DNA of 64,000 bases from the IMG/VR virus record IMGVR_UViG_3300021399_000102, positions 96,001 to 160,000 of that record. The stretch is one strand, 5' to 3'. Position 1 is the first letter of the stretch, and each line of letters begins with the position of its first letter. Under the pieces are notes generated by a model. That model did no database searches and was not told the DNA's origin. It saw nothing but the letters and a program-made list of their open reading frames with translations. The position numbers were made by a program, and so were the translations under genes. Positions 40,040 to 49,651 of this stretch are shown here, in pieces. Source of the stretch: a virus (taxonomy: Duplodnaviria > Caudoviricetes).

Positions 40040-40401
40040 CAGTCTATCTTCCCCACTATGGCTTCTATGGTTTCGGCGCCTATTGAAGTTCCCTCGGTGG
40101 TCTCCTCCACATACAAGTTGAATGGTTCGGAAAGTCCAACGATTCTGTGGTAGTGCGCGATGTCGAACATGTCTCCAATGAACTCGTCCCTTTGGATTGT
40201 CAACGAATAGTCCCTTGAAATCAACTTCACCTTGCCAAGAGTATCCCTCACGACCTTGTATACCCGAATCCAAATGGCGTTTCCCCCAGAAAACAGCCAG
40301 CGAACGTCCTCGTCTGTAATTGGATGGCGTTTCGCCCGGTTGAGGACGATTAGATTCAGATTATCAGCTGGGTATGGTCTATCTGTTGGCTTGAACATCA
40401 T
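40039..40401 (-). CDS. Paralog-array member 4
   Basis: MFDIAHYHRIVG...ETTEGTSIGAETIE. Confidence 0.65.
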   Translation of the reverse strand: MMFKPTDRPYPADNLNLIVLNRAKRHPITDEDVRWLFSGGNAIWIRVYKVVRDTLGKVKLISRDYSLTIQRDEFIGDMFDIAHYHRIVGLSEPFNLYVEETTEGTSIGAETIEAIVGKID

Positions 40402-40931
40402 TTGCCACCTCCAAGTTTATAGAGGGAGTTTCGCATTATCTTCCTCTGCTCTTCCTCCACCAACCTTTCCTCTTCCTCAATGGAGGCAATTCTGATGATT
40501 TCTTGGATTCTGCCCATAACCTCGTCGTCTATGTTGAGCTCAGATGGGTCTGAAGTGCGGGCAAGCCACAACGAGCCAGAATACAACGCCACGATTCCAT
40601 GAAGGTCAGCGAGATTCGCCAATTCAGTGGATATGGTTTCCTCGCCATTTGGCAACACGAACATCTTGCTGCGCTTGTGTGTTGGCTTTCCTGCAAAGTC
40701 GCCTAAGAGAACATGGATTGTGACAAGTCCCCTCATTGGCTTCCACTCGTATTTCAACCTGTCCATTATCCATTTCTTCGACAGGAACTCGCAACCACCA
40801 AGAAGCTCCCTCTCATGGTCGTCCAACTGAAAGACATATGGATCGGTGCAATCCTTCCAAGAGATTTCAATGGCAGGAGCAATCAACAATCTCCTATTGG
40901 AGATTTGCACGTTTGGTTGCGCTACATTCAT
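40398..40931 (-). CDS. Paralog-array member 5
   Basis: ELANLADLHGI...DPSELNIDDEVM. Confidence 0.7.
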   Translation of the reverse strand: MNVAQPNVQISNRRLLIAPAIEISWKDCTDPYVFQLDDHERELLGGCEFLSKKWIMDRLKYEWKPMRGLVTIHVLLGDFAGKPTHKRSKMFVLPNGEETISTELANLADLHGIVALYSGSLWLARTSDPSELNIDDEVMGRIQEIIRIASIEEEERLVEEEQRKIMRNSLYKLGGGK

Positions 40932-41401
40932 TTCCCAGATCCTTCCAATCCAAGCTTATTGGCTATTCTGTCAACAGTTGTTGCGTCTATGTTCAATTCC
41001 ATTGGATCCCTGACCTTCCGAACCCATATCTGGCTTCCACTCATCCTGATGATGCCATGAAGGTCGGACAAGTTGGCAAGTTCAACTATGAAGTCGTCCT
41101 TCTTGTCAGGAATGGGAAACTCCTGCTTCGTCTTCCACGTCGGCTCCATGTTCTCGTATTCCCACACAACAATGCCAACCATTCCCCTCTTGTTGGGTCT
41201 CCATCCCTTGAGCAATTTCTTGAGTCTGTTCTTGGAGAGGAAGCAACAACCACGTAGCCTACGTGCTTCGTCGTCCCAAACCCTGTCCCTAACCTTTCCT
41301 CCACCCATAACGTCAATTCCATTTGGGTCCATGAGTGTTGGAAAGACCCTTCTCACCATTGGTATCAACACATTCGGCGTGTAATAGTTAGTCATAATCA
41401 T
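40928..41401 (-). CDS. Paralog-array member 6
   Basis: ELANLSDLHGI...DPMELNIDATTV. Confidence 0.7.
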   Translation of the reverse strand: MIMTNYYTPNVLIPMVRRVFPTLMDPNGIDVMGGGKVRDRVWDDEARRLRGCCFLSKNRLKKLLKGWRPNKRGMVGIVVWEYENMEPTWKTKQEFPIPDKKDDFIVELANLSDLHGIIRMSGSQIWVRKVRDPMELNIDATTVDRIANKLGLEGSGK

Positions 41402-41802
41402 CTCCGAAACGCATTGGTGAACTCTTCCAGAACATCAGCGTCGATGTTGGTTCCCCCATTCTCCGATGCTCCAACATAGACCTTGAACACATAATCGTCT
41501 TGCTTGAGCAAGATTATGGTGTTGCCCAAGGAGAGATTCGCCAAATCTTGGATTAGCGCGTCTCCATCCTTTGGAAGGACATAGATATTTTGCTGCTTTG
41601 TCCACTCTAAATAGTGCTTGTCCATGTTCCTTACGTGCCAAAGGACAAGTCCGCAATTGTTGAGATTCCATTTCTTGAGGATATTGACAATGAGCTGACT
41701 CTCGTTTACTGGACCCCAGCCCCAGTTGCGTATGTTTCCAACCTCCTGAAAGGTGAGTGGAAATTCATTGTCTTCAAGGTCATGGCATGGGCTTTGTTTC
41801 AT
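41398..41802 (-). CDS. Paralog-array member 7
   Basis: DLANLSLGNTI...SENGGTNIDADVLE. Confidence 0.75.
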   Translation of the reverse strand: MKQSPCHDLEDNEFPLTFQEVGNIRNWGWGPVNESQLIVNILKKWNLNNCGLVLWHVRNMDKHYLEWTKQQNIYVLPKDGDALIQDLANLSLGNTIILLKQDDYVFKVYVGASENGGTNIDADVLEEFTNAFRR

Positions 41803-41816
41803 TGTGCGAACCCCCG

Positions 41817-42212
41817 TTAAATTGTGTTTCTTGTCTTCGTTGCGACTATTGCTTCCATCACTTCGGCGTCGATGTTGCTTGTATGGTCTTCTGATTCAAC
41901 AAGTGCGACTTCAACTCCCATTCCCGGTATGTTGATTCCCACTATGGTATGCGTCAAGGACAACTCCGAAAGGTCAGAAACAATCCTGTCCATCTTGTTG
42001 GGCATGATATACAACTGTTCTTGGCAGAACCAATCAATGCCATTCTGAAACAAGTAGAATACCTTCACTACGCTACTGCACCTTTGCTTCTTGGCATTCA
42101 ACTTCTTGAGCAATTCATCCCTCTTCATGGGCAAATGCGCACTTCCAATCCAACGCCACATTGGATTGTCACGTTCAACCAAATAATATAGTTCATTGTC
42201 CATGAAGACCAT
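41817..42212 (-). CDS. Paralog-array member 8
   Basis: DLSELSLTHTI...ESEDHTSNIDAEVME. Confidence 0.75.
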   Translation of the reverse strand: MVFMDNELYYLVERDNPMWRWIGSAHLPMKRDELLKKLNAKKQRCSSVVKVFYLFQNGIDWFCQEQLYIMPNKMDRIVSDLSELSLTHTIVGINIPGMGVEVALVESEDHTSNIDAEVMEAIVATKTRNTI

Positions 42213-42213
42213 T

Positions 42214-42720
42214 TTACTTGTTCCACTCCTCCCAAGCGATATAGTCGTCCTCGGACTTGGCGTTGTCCTCGAACGTTCCCCACTTCAAGACGCAACCGGC
42301 GAGACCAGAGGCAATCCAAATGGGATAGCACCAATACTGATATGCGTCCCTAATGGACTCTGCGGAGAAATCAATGCCCATTCTCTTATCTTCTGGCTTG
42401 ATGTCTTTGTTGTTGTCAAGTTCCACGATATGACGGGCGTTGAAGATTGCCACTTCCCTGGGAGTAGGGGGTCGGATTTGATGCTCAGAGAACTGCTCAT
42501 CCCAAATGTTGAGAAGGTAGTTAAGATAGTTGTTGTCGTCAATGAAATGCCCGTTGAGCCAACGAAGATACTGATAGGCGTCCGGATTGTTTAGCGGAAG
42601 GCGAAGATTGTGCAAGTCCTTGTCCTTCATATAGTGCAGAAACTCCATGTAGTCAACGCTCTTGATGGCGTTGAACTCCTTGTCATCCTTCGGACGCCAT
42701 TTGATTTCAGGTAATTCCAT
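42214..42720 (-). CDS. Hypothetical protein (not an array member)
   Basis: GAGG SD; first gene after the promoter at 42754. Confidence 0.6.
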   Translation of the reverse strand: MELPEIKWRPKDDKEFNAIKSVDYMEFLHYMKDKDLHNLRLPLNNPDAYQYLRWLNGHFIDDNNYLNYLLNIWDEQFSEHQIRPPTPREVAIFNARHIVELDNNKDIKPEDKRMGIDFSAESIRDAYQYWCYPIWIASGLAGCVLKWGTFEDNAKSEDDYIAWEEWNK

Positions 42721-42753
42721 ATCAACCTCGCTTTCCTTGGCTTCAACACATAT

Positions 42754-42782
42754 ATTATCTCATATTCCGAACAGAATGTCAA
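42754..42782 (-). promoter_or_regulatory. Early promoter
   Basis: TTGACA-N17-GATAAT, TG extension. Confidence 0.75.
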
Positions 42783-42859
42783 TAGACCTTTGGTCTATTC
42801 CTGCTATTCTTCAATACCCCCTTGGCATTCAATCAAACTTGTTTGATTTCAATATCTCC

Positions 42860-43285
42860 TTATGCGGATAGTTCAAGCCCACACGCTTCCCAATGCGCCA
42901 ATGTTTGGTACTTTCTCTTGTCCTTCAACTCCATCAACCGATTGTAGGTGGAATCGAGGATGTCAAAGGTTATGTTGGTCTGCCCATCATTTGAGGGAAC
43001 CAGATGCCATTCAAGGAAGAAGTTCCCGTTGATTTTGGCTATTGAGTGTGTAAGAGACCACTTCATCATTTCTGCATAGAACAAGTCCTTGTCTTCATTT
43101 TTGCGAAGGTCAAGCTTTATTTCCTGCCGTTTGCATCCATTGTCGCAAATGTTTATTACTATGTAGCAATTCTCAACCTTGAGTTTCTGTATTTCTGAGG
43201 ACAACTGCCCCTCAGATGGAATCTCTGATGGAAGGTCTACCTTGAGGTAACTTCCCTTGTATTTGTTGTAGAATGGCTTTCTCAT
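42860..43285 (-). CDS. Paralog-array member 9
   Basis: MMKWSLTHSI...SNDGQTNITFDILD. Confidence 0.75.
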   Translation of the reverse strand: MRKPFYNKYKGSYLKVDLPSEIPSEGQLSSEIQKLKVENCYIVINICDNGCKRQEIKLDLRKNEDKDLFYAEMMKWSLTHSIAKINGNFFLEWHLVPSNDGQTNITFDILDSTYNRLMELKDKRKYQTLAHWEACGLELSA

Positions 43286-43665
43286 ATCCTAACATTGAAC
43301 TTCTTGAGAATTGATTCAATGAGCTTTCCATCCACGTTCGTGTTTCCGATGGATTCCCGTATGACTATAAGGAGATTTCTCTTTCCACATGGGTCGTTGT
43401 CCTTGGTTATTCCAATGATTTCGTGGGTCAAGGAAAGGTCGAACATGAACTTGACGAACGATTCAACCTCCTCCGGTATTCCAAAGAATTTACGATAGCA
43501 GGTTTCCTTATCAACCGGATTGAAGATGTGTATGAACAAAGATTCCAATTTTATTGCATCCAGAAGCGGAAATAAGGCGTCAGTGGTCAATGATGGCTTG
43601 TTCAACCACGTTTCGCGCTCTTTCAATGTTATTGGATTGAAATACATTTCTCGATCTATGATCAT
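43282..43665 (-). CDS. Paralog-array member 10
   Basis: MFDLSLTHEI...ESIGNTNVDGKLIE. Confidence 0.75.
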   Translation of the reverse strand: MIIDREMYFNPITLKERETWLNKPSLTTDALFPLLDAIKLESLFIHIFNPVDKETCYRKFFGIPEEVESFVKFMFDLSLTHEIIGITKDNDPCGKRNLLIVIRESIGNTNVDGKLIESILKKFNVRI

Positions 43666-44054
43666 TTTTCATACCTTTGCGACAGTGCATCAATCAAAGT
43701 CGGCGTTATGTTGGTGCATCCATTCTTGGATTCAACCAAGGTGATTACGTCAGCATAGATGTTCTCCCCCAAGTTGTCTGAGTAGATGTTCCTTCCTATG
43801 CAGTAGTCTATGATGGTGTTGTTCAAGGACATGTCGAACAAATGTCCTATAAGCTGTTCTGCTCCACTTGGAACAGTGAACGTCCATGCAGTTCCCCATC
43901 CATCGTTGGTCAATCTCCTGACGATTACGGTCTTGATGAACTGTTTGGTGTTGTGCTTGATGTAGTTCACCACCCAAGTTGAATCATAGGGTTGCCAAGT
44001 TCTGACCATCTTGTTCTGATAGAATTGTTGTCTGAATCTCTTTCCCTCAATCAC
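43662..44054 (-). CDS. Paralog-array member 11
   Basis: LFDMSLNNTI...ESKNGCTNITPTLID. Confidence 0.75.
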   Translation of the reverse strand: MIEGKRFRQQFYQNKMVRTWQPYDSTWVVNYIKHNTKQFIKTVIVRRLTNDGWGTAWTFTVPSGAEQLIGHLFDMSLNNTIIDYCIGRNIYSDNLGENIYADVITLVESKNGCTNITPTLIDALSQRYEK

Positions 44055-44530
44055 CCTTCCACCACCATTCCATTCAATTCCTCGTTCAATGTCTTGATTG
44101 GCCGCTTGACAACCTCAAAGATAAGCTCCACGATTTCGTCAGTGATGTTCGTTGTGCCATCCTCAGATTCCACCACATAGATGGTTGCTGATCTTGGATT
44201 CACCCCAAGAATCCTATGGTTCAAGGACAAGTCGAACATGTCAGAGACAATCCTGTTTATGTTCATCGGCAACTCGTATGCCCTGGTGTTGAACAGGTAT
44301 TTTGGGGGAACCCAGTTCATATGGGATGTTTCCGGATCCAGTTGCTTCACCTTCGACACGCAAACAACCCCACAGAACCACTCTTGGATTGGCTTGATGT
44401 CCAATATGTCATTCTTGAGTTGGGCTTCGTCATAATCCACGAAGAACTTTGCCACAGACGAGAATTCCCCGGAATCTCCTGGCTTCCAATAGCCCCGGGT
44501 ATCCATCATCATCTTTGTTGAACTTGACAT
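44051..44530 (-). CDS. Paralog-array member 12
   Basis: MFDLSLNHRI...ESEDGTTNITDEIVE. Confidence 0.75.
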   Translation of the reverse strand: MSSSTKMMMDTRGYWKPGDSGEFSSVAKFFVDYDEAQLKNDILDIKPIQEWFCGVVCVSKVKQLDPETSHMNWVPPKYLFNTRAYELPMNINRIVSDMFDLSLNHRILGVNPRSATIYVVESEDGTTNITDEIVELIFEVVKRPIKTLNEELNGMVVEG

Positions 44531-44943
44531 CTTGGCTTCCTTTTGTTCAATTGCTTGGCAATCTTCTTATGAATGTCCATCATCGCCTCCATCACTTCAT
44601 TGTCTATGTTGGTGCTTCCATCCTTGGACTCCTCCACCACCATCTCCAGGTATTGGGCATCCACCGCAATCAACTTGTGGGTCAGGGAAAGCGAGAACAA
44701 GTCAGAGCAAAGCTCGTCCAATCCATGACCTGACGTCATGTCGTAGCTTCCCAACATGCGAACATTGAGATATTTTGATTGTCGAACCTCGTAGATGTTG
44801 ATGGAGAACATGAAGTCCTCAACCACTTTCCTTCTCTTCGTGTCGTTGTATGACTTCTTCCAAGTGAGTTTCCTTCCCTCCTTCACAAGGTCGCTCATTC
44901 CCTTGCTGGCGTCACTCCAATCGTTGTTGTCTTTGATTAGCAT
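44509..44943 (-). CDS. Paralog-array member 13
   Basis: LFSLSLTHKL...ESKDGSTNIDNEVME. Confidence 0.75.
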   Translation of the reverse strand: MLIKDNNDWSDASKGMSDLVKEGRKLTWKKSYNDTKRRKVVEDFMFSINIYEVRQSKYLNVRMLGSYDMTSGHGLDELCSDLFSLSLTHKLIAVDAQYLEMVVEESKDGSTNIDNEVMEAMMDIHKKIAKQLNKRKPRCQVQQR

Positions 44944-44946
44944 TTC

Positions 44947-45939
44947 TCACAACCTCCAATCTGGGCTCAACTTCTCCAGCTCGTTCCAATCAAATGGAAG
45001 GTTGAAGAACTCAAGCAATTCTGTGTTCTCCTTCATTCCATTGAAGATTTTTGGTGCATGGATGTATATGTAGATGAACAAGTCCATGACATCGAATTGA
45101 GTCTCAATCATATTCATCTCAAACACAATTTCCTCGAAAGTCCGAAGATCCTTGAAGAGCCTTTCACCAAACACAGATGGAATGCGCTCGAACTGATCAG
45201 ACCACAGTTTCTCCAATGCTAGTGTGTTCGTGGAATTCAATTGAAGGACATTGACAACCCAATTGAATGTGTTAGTTTCACCAGAGACGAGAAGTTGCTT
45301 GAGCAATGTGTTCACGGCGTGGGCAAGGTAGGGAACCGAGCTTCTTGCTGACCATCCAGTTACGCCAAAGATGTCTCCAATGGATGACAATATGACATAT
45401 TGCGTCCTGGTGGAGAAGCCAAGGAAATTGCCAGCCATCAGCATTGACCTGGCGAGATAGGACTCCCGAAGGAACATCTTGACATCCCCCTTGTCTGCCG
45501 AGATTGCCTCCACGAGCTTGTTGAAGTCAACGTCTCCTGACGCTACTTTGTCGTCTTCAATGAACCGACCCTTGTACCCATCGCTTCTGAACCTGATGAG
45601 GTTGGCGTTTCCGCGAAAATTGTCCCTCAGTTCCTTCATGATCTCTGGATAGATGTCCTCTTCCACCAGGAAATGTGCGAGGGATTCTTCTGCGAAGCAC
45701 ATGTCCAATGGATGAAGAGATTCCACATGTCTTGCGAGAAAGTCATTGACCCTGTATGGATGGGCAGCAAGGTCATATAGGTCGTACACGAACGCACTGT
45801 GCTTGTAGATGTCCTCAATCTGACTTTCGTGGCTCTTAAGGAACGCCACAACCACCTTGAAGTCGGTTCCATCCATAAACATCTCGTCCAGAACCCTTGA
45901 CAAGGACACTTCTGTCGATATGGAATGATCGTAGTTCAT
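44947..45939 (-). CDS. Hypothetical protein heading the array operon
   Basis: AAGGAG SD; 330-aa ORF. Confidence 0.7.
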   Translation of the reverse strand: MNYDHSISTEVSLSRVLDEMFMDGTDFKVVVAFLKSHESQIEDIYKHSAFVYDLYDLAAHPYRVNDFLARHVESLHPLDMCFAEESLAHFLVEEDIYPEIMKELRDNFRGNANLIRFRSDGYKGRFIEDDKVASGDVDFNKLVEAISADKGDVKMFLRESYLARSMLMAGNFLGFSTRTQYVILSSIGDIFGVTGWSARSSVPYLAHAVNTLLKQLLVSGETNTFNWVVNVLQLNSTNTLALEKLWSDQFERIPSVFGERLFKDLRTFEEIVFEMNMIETQFDVMDLFIYIYIHAPKIFNGMKENTELLEFFNLPFDWNELEKLSPDWRL

Positions 45940-45972
45940 GTGCCTATTTCTCCTTTGCTCAACAACACCAAT

Positions 45973-46002
45973 ATTATATCATAAACTGGCTTCTGATGTC
46001 AA
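45973..46002 (-). promoter_or_regulatory. Early promoter
   Basis: TTGACA-N18-TATAAT, shared upstream motif. Confidence 0.7.
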
Positions 46003-46108
46003 TACCCCTTTGTAGGTATTCATGCCAACTTGCTTGGCAATCAATACCCCTTTGGAACTTCACGAAATGGCTTGGAAGTGGTATAATTGGGAATAAAGGA
46101 GAATAGGA

Positions 46109-47158
46109 ATGATTGACTTTGAGGAAGATATATTGGAGAACTCTGGAACTGGGGAATTCGCGCCAACAAGGGATGAGGGACTTTGGGTCACTAAATACCG
46201 ACCAAGGACATTGGAGCATTTTTGCCTTGACCCAAAGTTGAAGGCTCTATTTCAGAAGCAAATTGACGCAAATGACGTTCAGAACGTGTGTTTGGTTGGG
46301 GGTCCAGGAATTGGAAAGACAACTCTGGCCCTGATTCTGGCCAATTCAAGCAAGGATTCTGACATATTGTTCGTGAGTTGCGCATCTGGCGAGGGCAAGG
46401 TGGAGTCAATCCAGTCAAAGATTATCCCATTCTGCCAAAGCGCATCGAGTGGTCGCAAGTTCGTGATATTGGACGAATTGGATTCAGCGTCAGCAACGCA
46501 AGCCAACTCCTTCCAAAAGGCTTTGAGGAACGTAGTGGAGGCATTCCCAGATTGCAGGTTCATTGCCACTGCAAACTATCAAACCAACATCATCGGGCCA
46601 CTTTGCCCTTCAAGGCTTCCTCCCAAGATGTTGAGTTTCTCGGTGTCAGAGATGATTTCCAATCTTCTCTATATCCTTGGCGAAGAGAACATTGAGATTG
46701 TAAGCGAGGCGACAAAGACAAAGCAGTTCCTAGGTAGCCTCATCAAGTCCTACTACCCAGACATGCGTTCGGTTGTGGGTCAATTGCAAGCAGCTTGCGT
46801 TGGTGGGACATTGGATGTGGAGAACATCACCATCAACAACAAGGAGGCAATCAAGAACGCATTGGCTCAATTCCTCTCGCTCGTAAAAGGAGCGGGAACG
46901 CCACTTGAAATGCGCAAGGCGTACAACAACGAGATTCTGGCGTTTGGAAACAATGGCAATCTTTCCAAGCTTTACTCACCACTTGGTCTCGCCGAGGAAA
47001 TCTTGAACTACTTGATTGAAAATTACAACATAGATCCAGAGGACTTGATGGTACTCGTGGAGTACATCTACAAGATTGAGCATTCTGTGGATGGCGAGAC
47101 CCAGTTCTTTGGGTTCTTGCTCAAGGTAAAGACAATCGACTTCAACAAAGGAGCATGA
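46109..47158 (+). CDS. Clamp-loader AAA+ subunit (T4 gp44/RFC-like)
   Basis: LWVTKYRP, GGPGIGKTT, ILDELD, FIATANY, YPDMR. Confidence 0.9.
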   Translation: MIDFEEDILENSGTGEFAPTRDEGLWVTKYRPRTLEHFCLDPKLKALFQKQIDANDVQNVCLVGGPGIGKTTLALILANSSKDSDILFVSCASGEGKVESIQSKIIPFCQSASSGRKFVILDELDSASATQANSFQKALRNVVEAFPDCRFIATANYQTNIIGPLCPSRLPPKMLSFSVSEMISNLLYILGEENIEIVSEATKTKQFLGSLIKSYYPDMRSVVGQLQAACVGGTLDVENITINNKEAIKNALAQFLSLVKGAGTPLEMRKAYNNEILAFGNNGNLSKLYSPLGLAEEILNYLIENYNIDPEDLMVLVEYIYKIEHSVDGETQFFGFLLKVKTIDFNKGA

Positions 47159-47159
47159 G

Positions 47160-47372
47160 ATGACGTTCGAGGAATACTACAATTATTGCAGAAGCAACAA
47201 GATTGACATTACAAAGTGGAAACTAAACACTCTCCATCAGAAGTTGATGGACAACAACCAACCACTTACTGAATCTGAAGTATGCGCCAAGTTGTTTCTT
47301 GAAAAGGTTGGGTATGTCACTTGGCTATGGGACAATCCACCACAACCAATTGACGACAAGGCAAAGAAATGA
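47160..47372 (+). CDS. Hypothetical protein
   Basis: AAGGAG SD. Confidence 0.5.
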   Translation: MTFEEYYNYCRSNKIDITKWKLNTLHQKLMDNNQPLTESEVCAKLFLEKVGYVTWLWDNPPQPIDDKAKK

Positions 47373-47509
47373 AGTTAGGTTTGGGGCTTTGCACAAGGCA
47401 GACAATTGGACATTCGTTGGCATGGCAGATGGAAGCACGAAGACGAAACTGTGTGAGGAATACACATCTTCTATGCTATGATGTGTAAATACATGCATTG
47501 AAAGCAACT

Positions 47510-47911
47510 ATGGAAAATAATTCACCAATAGATTCAGGACTTCCAAGAAACCCAACAGAGTTCAAGGGGGCAATAACAAGGTTGAGATATTTTGGGGATT
47601 GCAGGAACACAGTTGATGTAGATGGCATGTGGGATGCAACCCAAATGGCAGGTGTTGTTGGTCAGTCAAGCATAGTTCCATTCAAGTCAATAGTCTGTGA
47701 GTTCATGGATGGAGACAGAAAGGTTCCTGCGAAAGTCAGAAAATGGATGGCAAAGAACCAGAACTCCCTTGAAGATACCTCCAAGATAGTGTTTGGGCTT
47801 AACGAACATCAAGGTATATTCTTCGCGTACATAACTGACTTTGACATTCATTTCTTCTTTGACGCAAAGTTCGAGAACTGGAAGGAAATCCCAAAGCCGA
47901 AATCTGTATAA
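47510..47911 (+). CDS. Hypothetical late protein
   Basis: GTAAATA at 47485-47491. Confidence 0.6.
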   Translation: MENNSPIDSGLPRNPTEFKGAITRLRYFGDCRNTVDVDGMWDATQMAGVVGQSSIVPFKSIVCEFMDGDRKVPAKVRKWMAKNQNSLEDTSKIVFGLNEHQGIFFAYITDFDIHFFFDAKFENWKEIPKPKSV

Positions 47912-47956
47912 TTGAATGTGTGAATAGCACGATAATTGCCTAAAAGAGAAACATCA

Positions 47957-47993
47957 AAGAACCGTAGGTGCTGGGTGGCATCTACGGTTTCTT
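47957..47993. terminator. Bidirectional terminator hairpin
   Basis: AACCGTAGGTGC-loop-GCATCTACGGTT between convergent genes. Confidence 0.65.
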
Positions 47994-48016
47994 CATCTTG
48001 TCATGTGATGTGGATG

Positions 48017-48865
48017 TCAGGAATCCATCGTGCAGTATGTCTCGCCATCTGATATGTTTGCGGCGAATATCCACAATGCCTTTTCGGCCAATTCCCTTGC
48101 ATCCATCTCAGCAAGCTCCTCCTCGTCCCATGCTCCATATTCCCTCAACCACCTTCTGGCACGTTCCACTGGGAAGTTCTGGTCGAACTTAAGTTCATCC
48201 ACCCAAACAGACACATCGTCGTCAACCCGTCCTGGATGCGAACATGCCTTTACGCACTCGTCTGGAAGTGGTGACTTGTCTGGATCTATGCCAAACTCGT
48301 CTATTGCCCAATCAGGTGGAGTCAATTCCCCAATTTCGTTGAACCAACCGGATTCCCCATCTGAAAGGTAAGAAGAACCTTCATTCACGGCAGAGGAGTT
48401 CCTAATTTCATGATCAACTATGTCGATTGTGTCCAATGTGTCGCCGCGAAGAGACTCCACCCACGAGAACAAGTCACTGTCCTCCCCAAGTGCAGTCCTG
48501 ACGTCATCTGACACATCCTATAGTCTTTGACCAATCTCGTCTAGTCTTCTCCTTGTTCTCTGAAGCAGAAACCTCTTCGCGTTGCCATTTATGCTTGGTG
48601 TGCCGGCGTCCCTGGATTCAGAAATATACTCATCATCGGTATCATCCGACCTCTCAGCAAGAATGCCCTTGATGTCGTCAATGGTGTCGCCAAGATCCAT
48701 TGAATGTGAGTCGAGTCTTGCGAAAAGGAAGGTCTCGCCACGTGCATCACGTATTGTGTTCGCAGCATCGTCCAGCAGCTGCTTTGCCTTGATGGTCGCT
48801 TCCAACGCCTGCTTAATCAACATATCGTCATTGGAACTTCTTTCCTTGATTGTTCTTCTTTTCAT
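48017..48865 (-). CDS. Late protein, 282 aa (1 in-frame TAG), possible internal head protein
   Basis: ORFs 48518-48865 and 48017-48514 in one frame joined by TAG; AGGAG SD. Confidence 0.7.
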
Positions 48866-48901
48866 CTCGTATCTCCTATTCTAAACTATAGATATATTTA
48901 C

Positions 48902-49651
48902 TCAAATCTTCTACCCATATCTCCTCAGGAAGTCCTCCCTTGCAGCCTTTTGCATCTCCATCATCTTCTGCTGTTGCTCGTCTTGCGCCACCGGTGACTT
49001 CATTTGCGTTTCCATCCCGTTCTTGTCAAGCAACACGAAATGCGTATATGCGCAAGTGAAGGAATGTTGGATTTCATCTGCTTCAGAATAGGACAATTGA
49101 AGGTCAGAGAATGCCTTTATCCAACAGTTCTTGAACCTGAATCCAACTATGGGCTTCTTGTAGGGCGAGAGCAATGTAACATCTATGTCGCAGGCGTTTA
49201 TCAAACCATTTGCCTCTACGTTTCCAGTATCAAGTGCATTCACACCCTTGTTTACAGGAGCGTTGTTCATGCACCAATTGTAAAGCGCACGGTAGTCTGT
49301 CCAATCCGCACTCACGAAGTAGTTGAATGTGATTTCCTTGCTGCCAGGAGACATTGTATATGTCGGCCTTTCAATCTCAATGGAACGATACATAACCTTG
49401 TCAGTACCCATTTCAATTGAAGGAATCGTGAATGTTGATAGACGGAGATTGACATTTTGAAAATCTGGCCCGAGGCACAAATAAATCGGAATATCTGCCA
49501 CCCATTTGTTTTTGGCAGCAAAAGCATTTTGATTAGAAATCCCGTCATTTGCATTGACATTGATTCCAGGATACACCAACTACTATTTCCTGTTCAAGTT
49601 CCTAGTTTGGTTTGGATGTTGAAAGTGATTGACATTATTGGGTATAGACAT
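48902..49651 (-). CDS. Tail completion/tube terminator protein (T4 gp3-like), 249 aa with 3 in-frame TAG
   Basis: FTIPSI...ITFNYFVSADWTDYRALYNW...F.NCWI..FSDLQLSY pattern; ATG 49651 reached through TAG-TAG. Confidence 0.65.
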
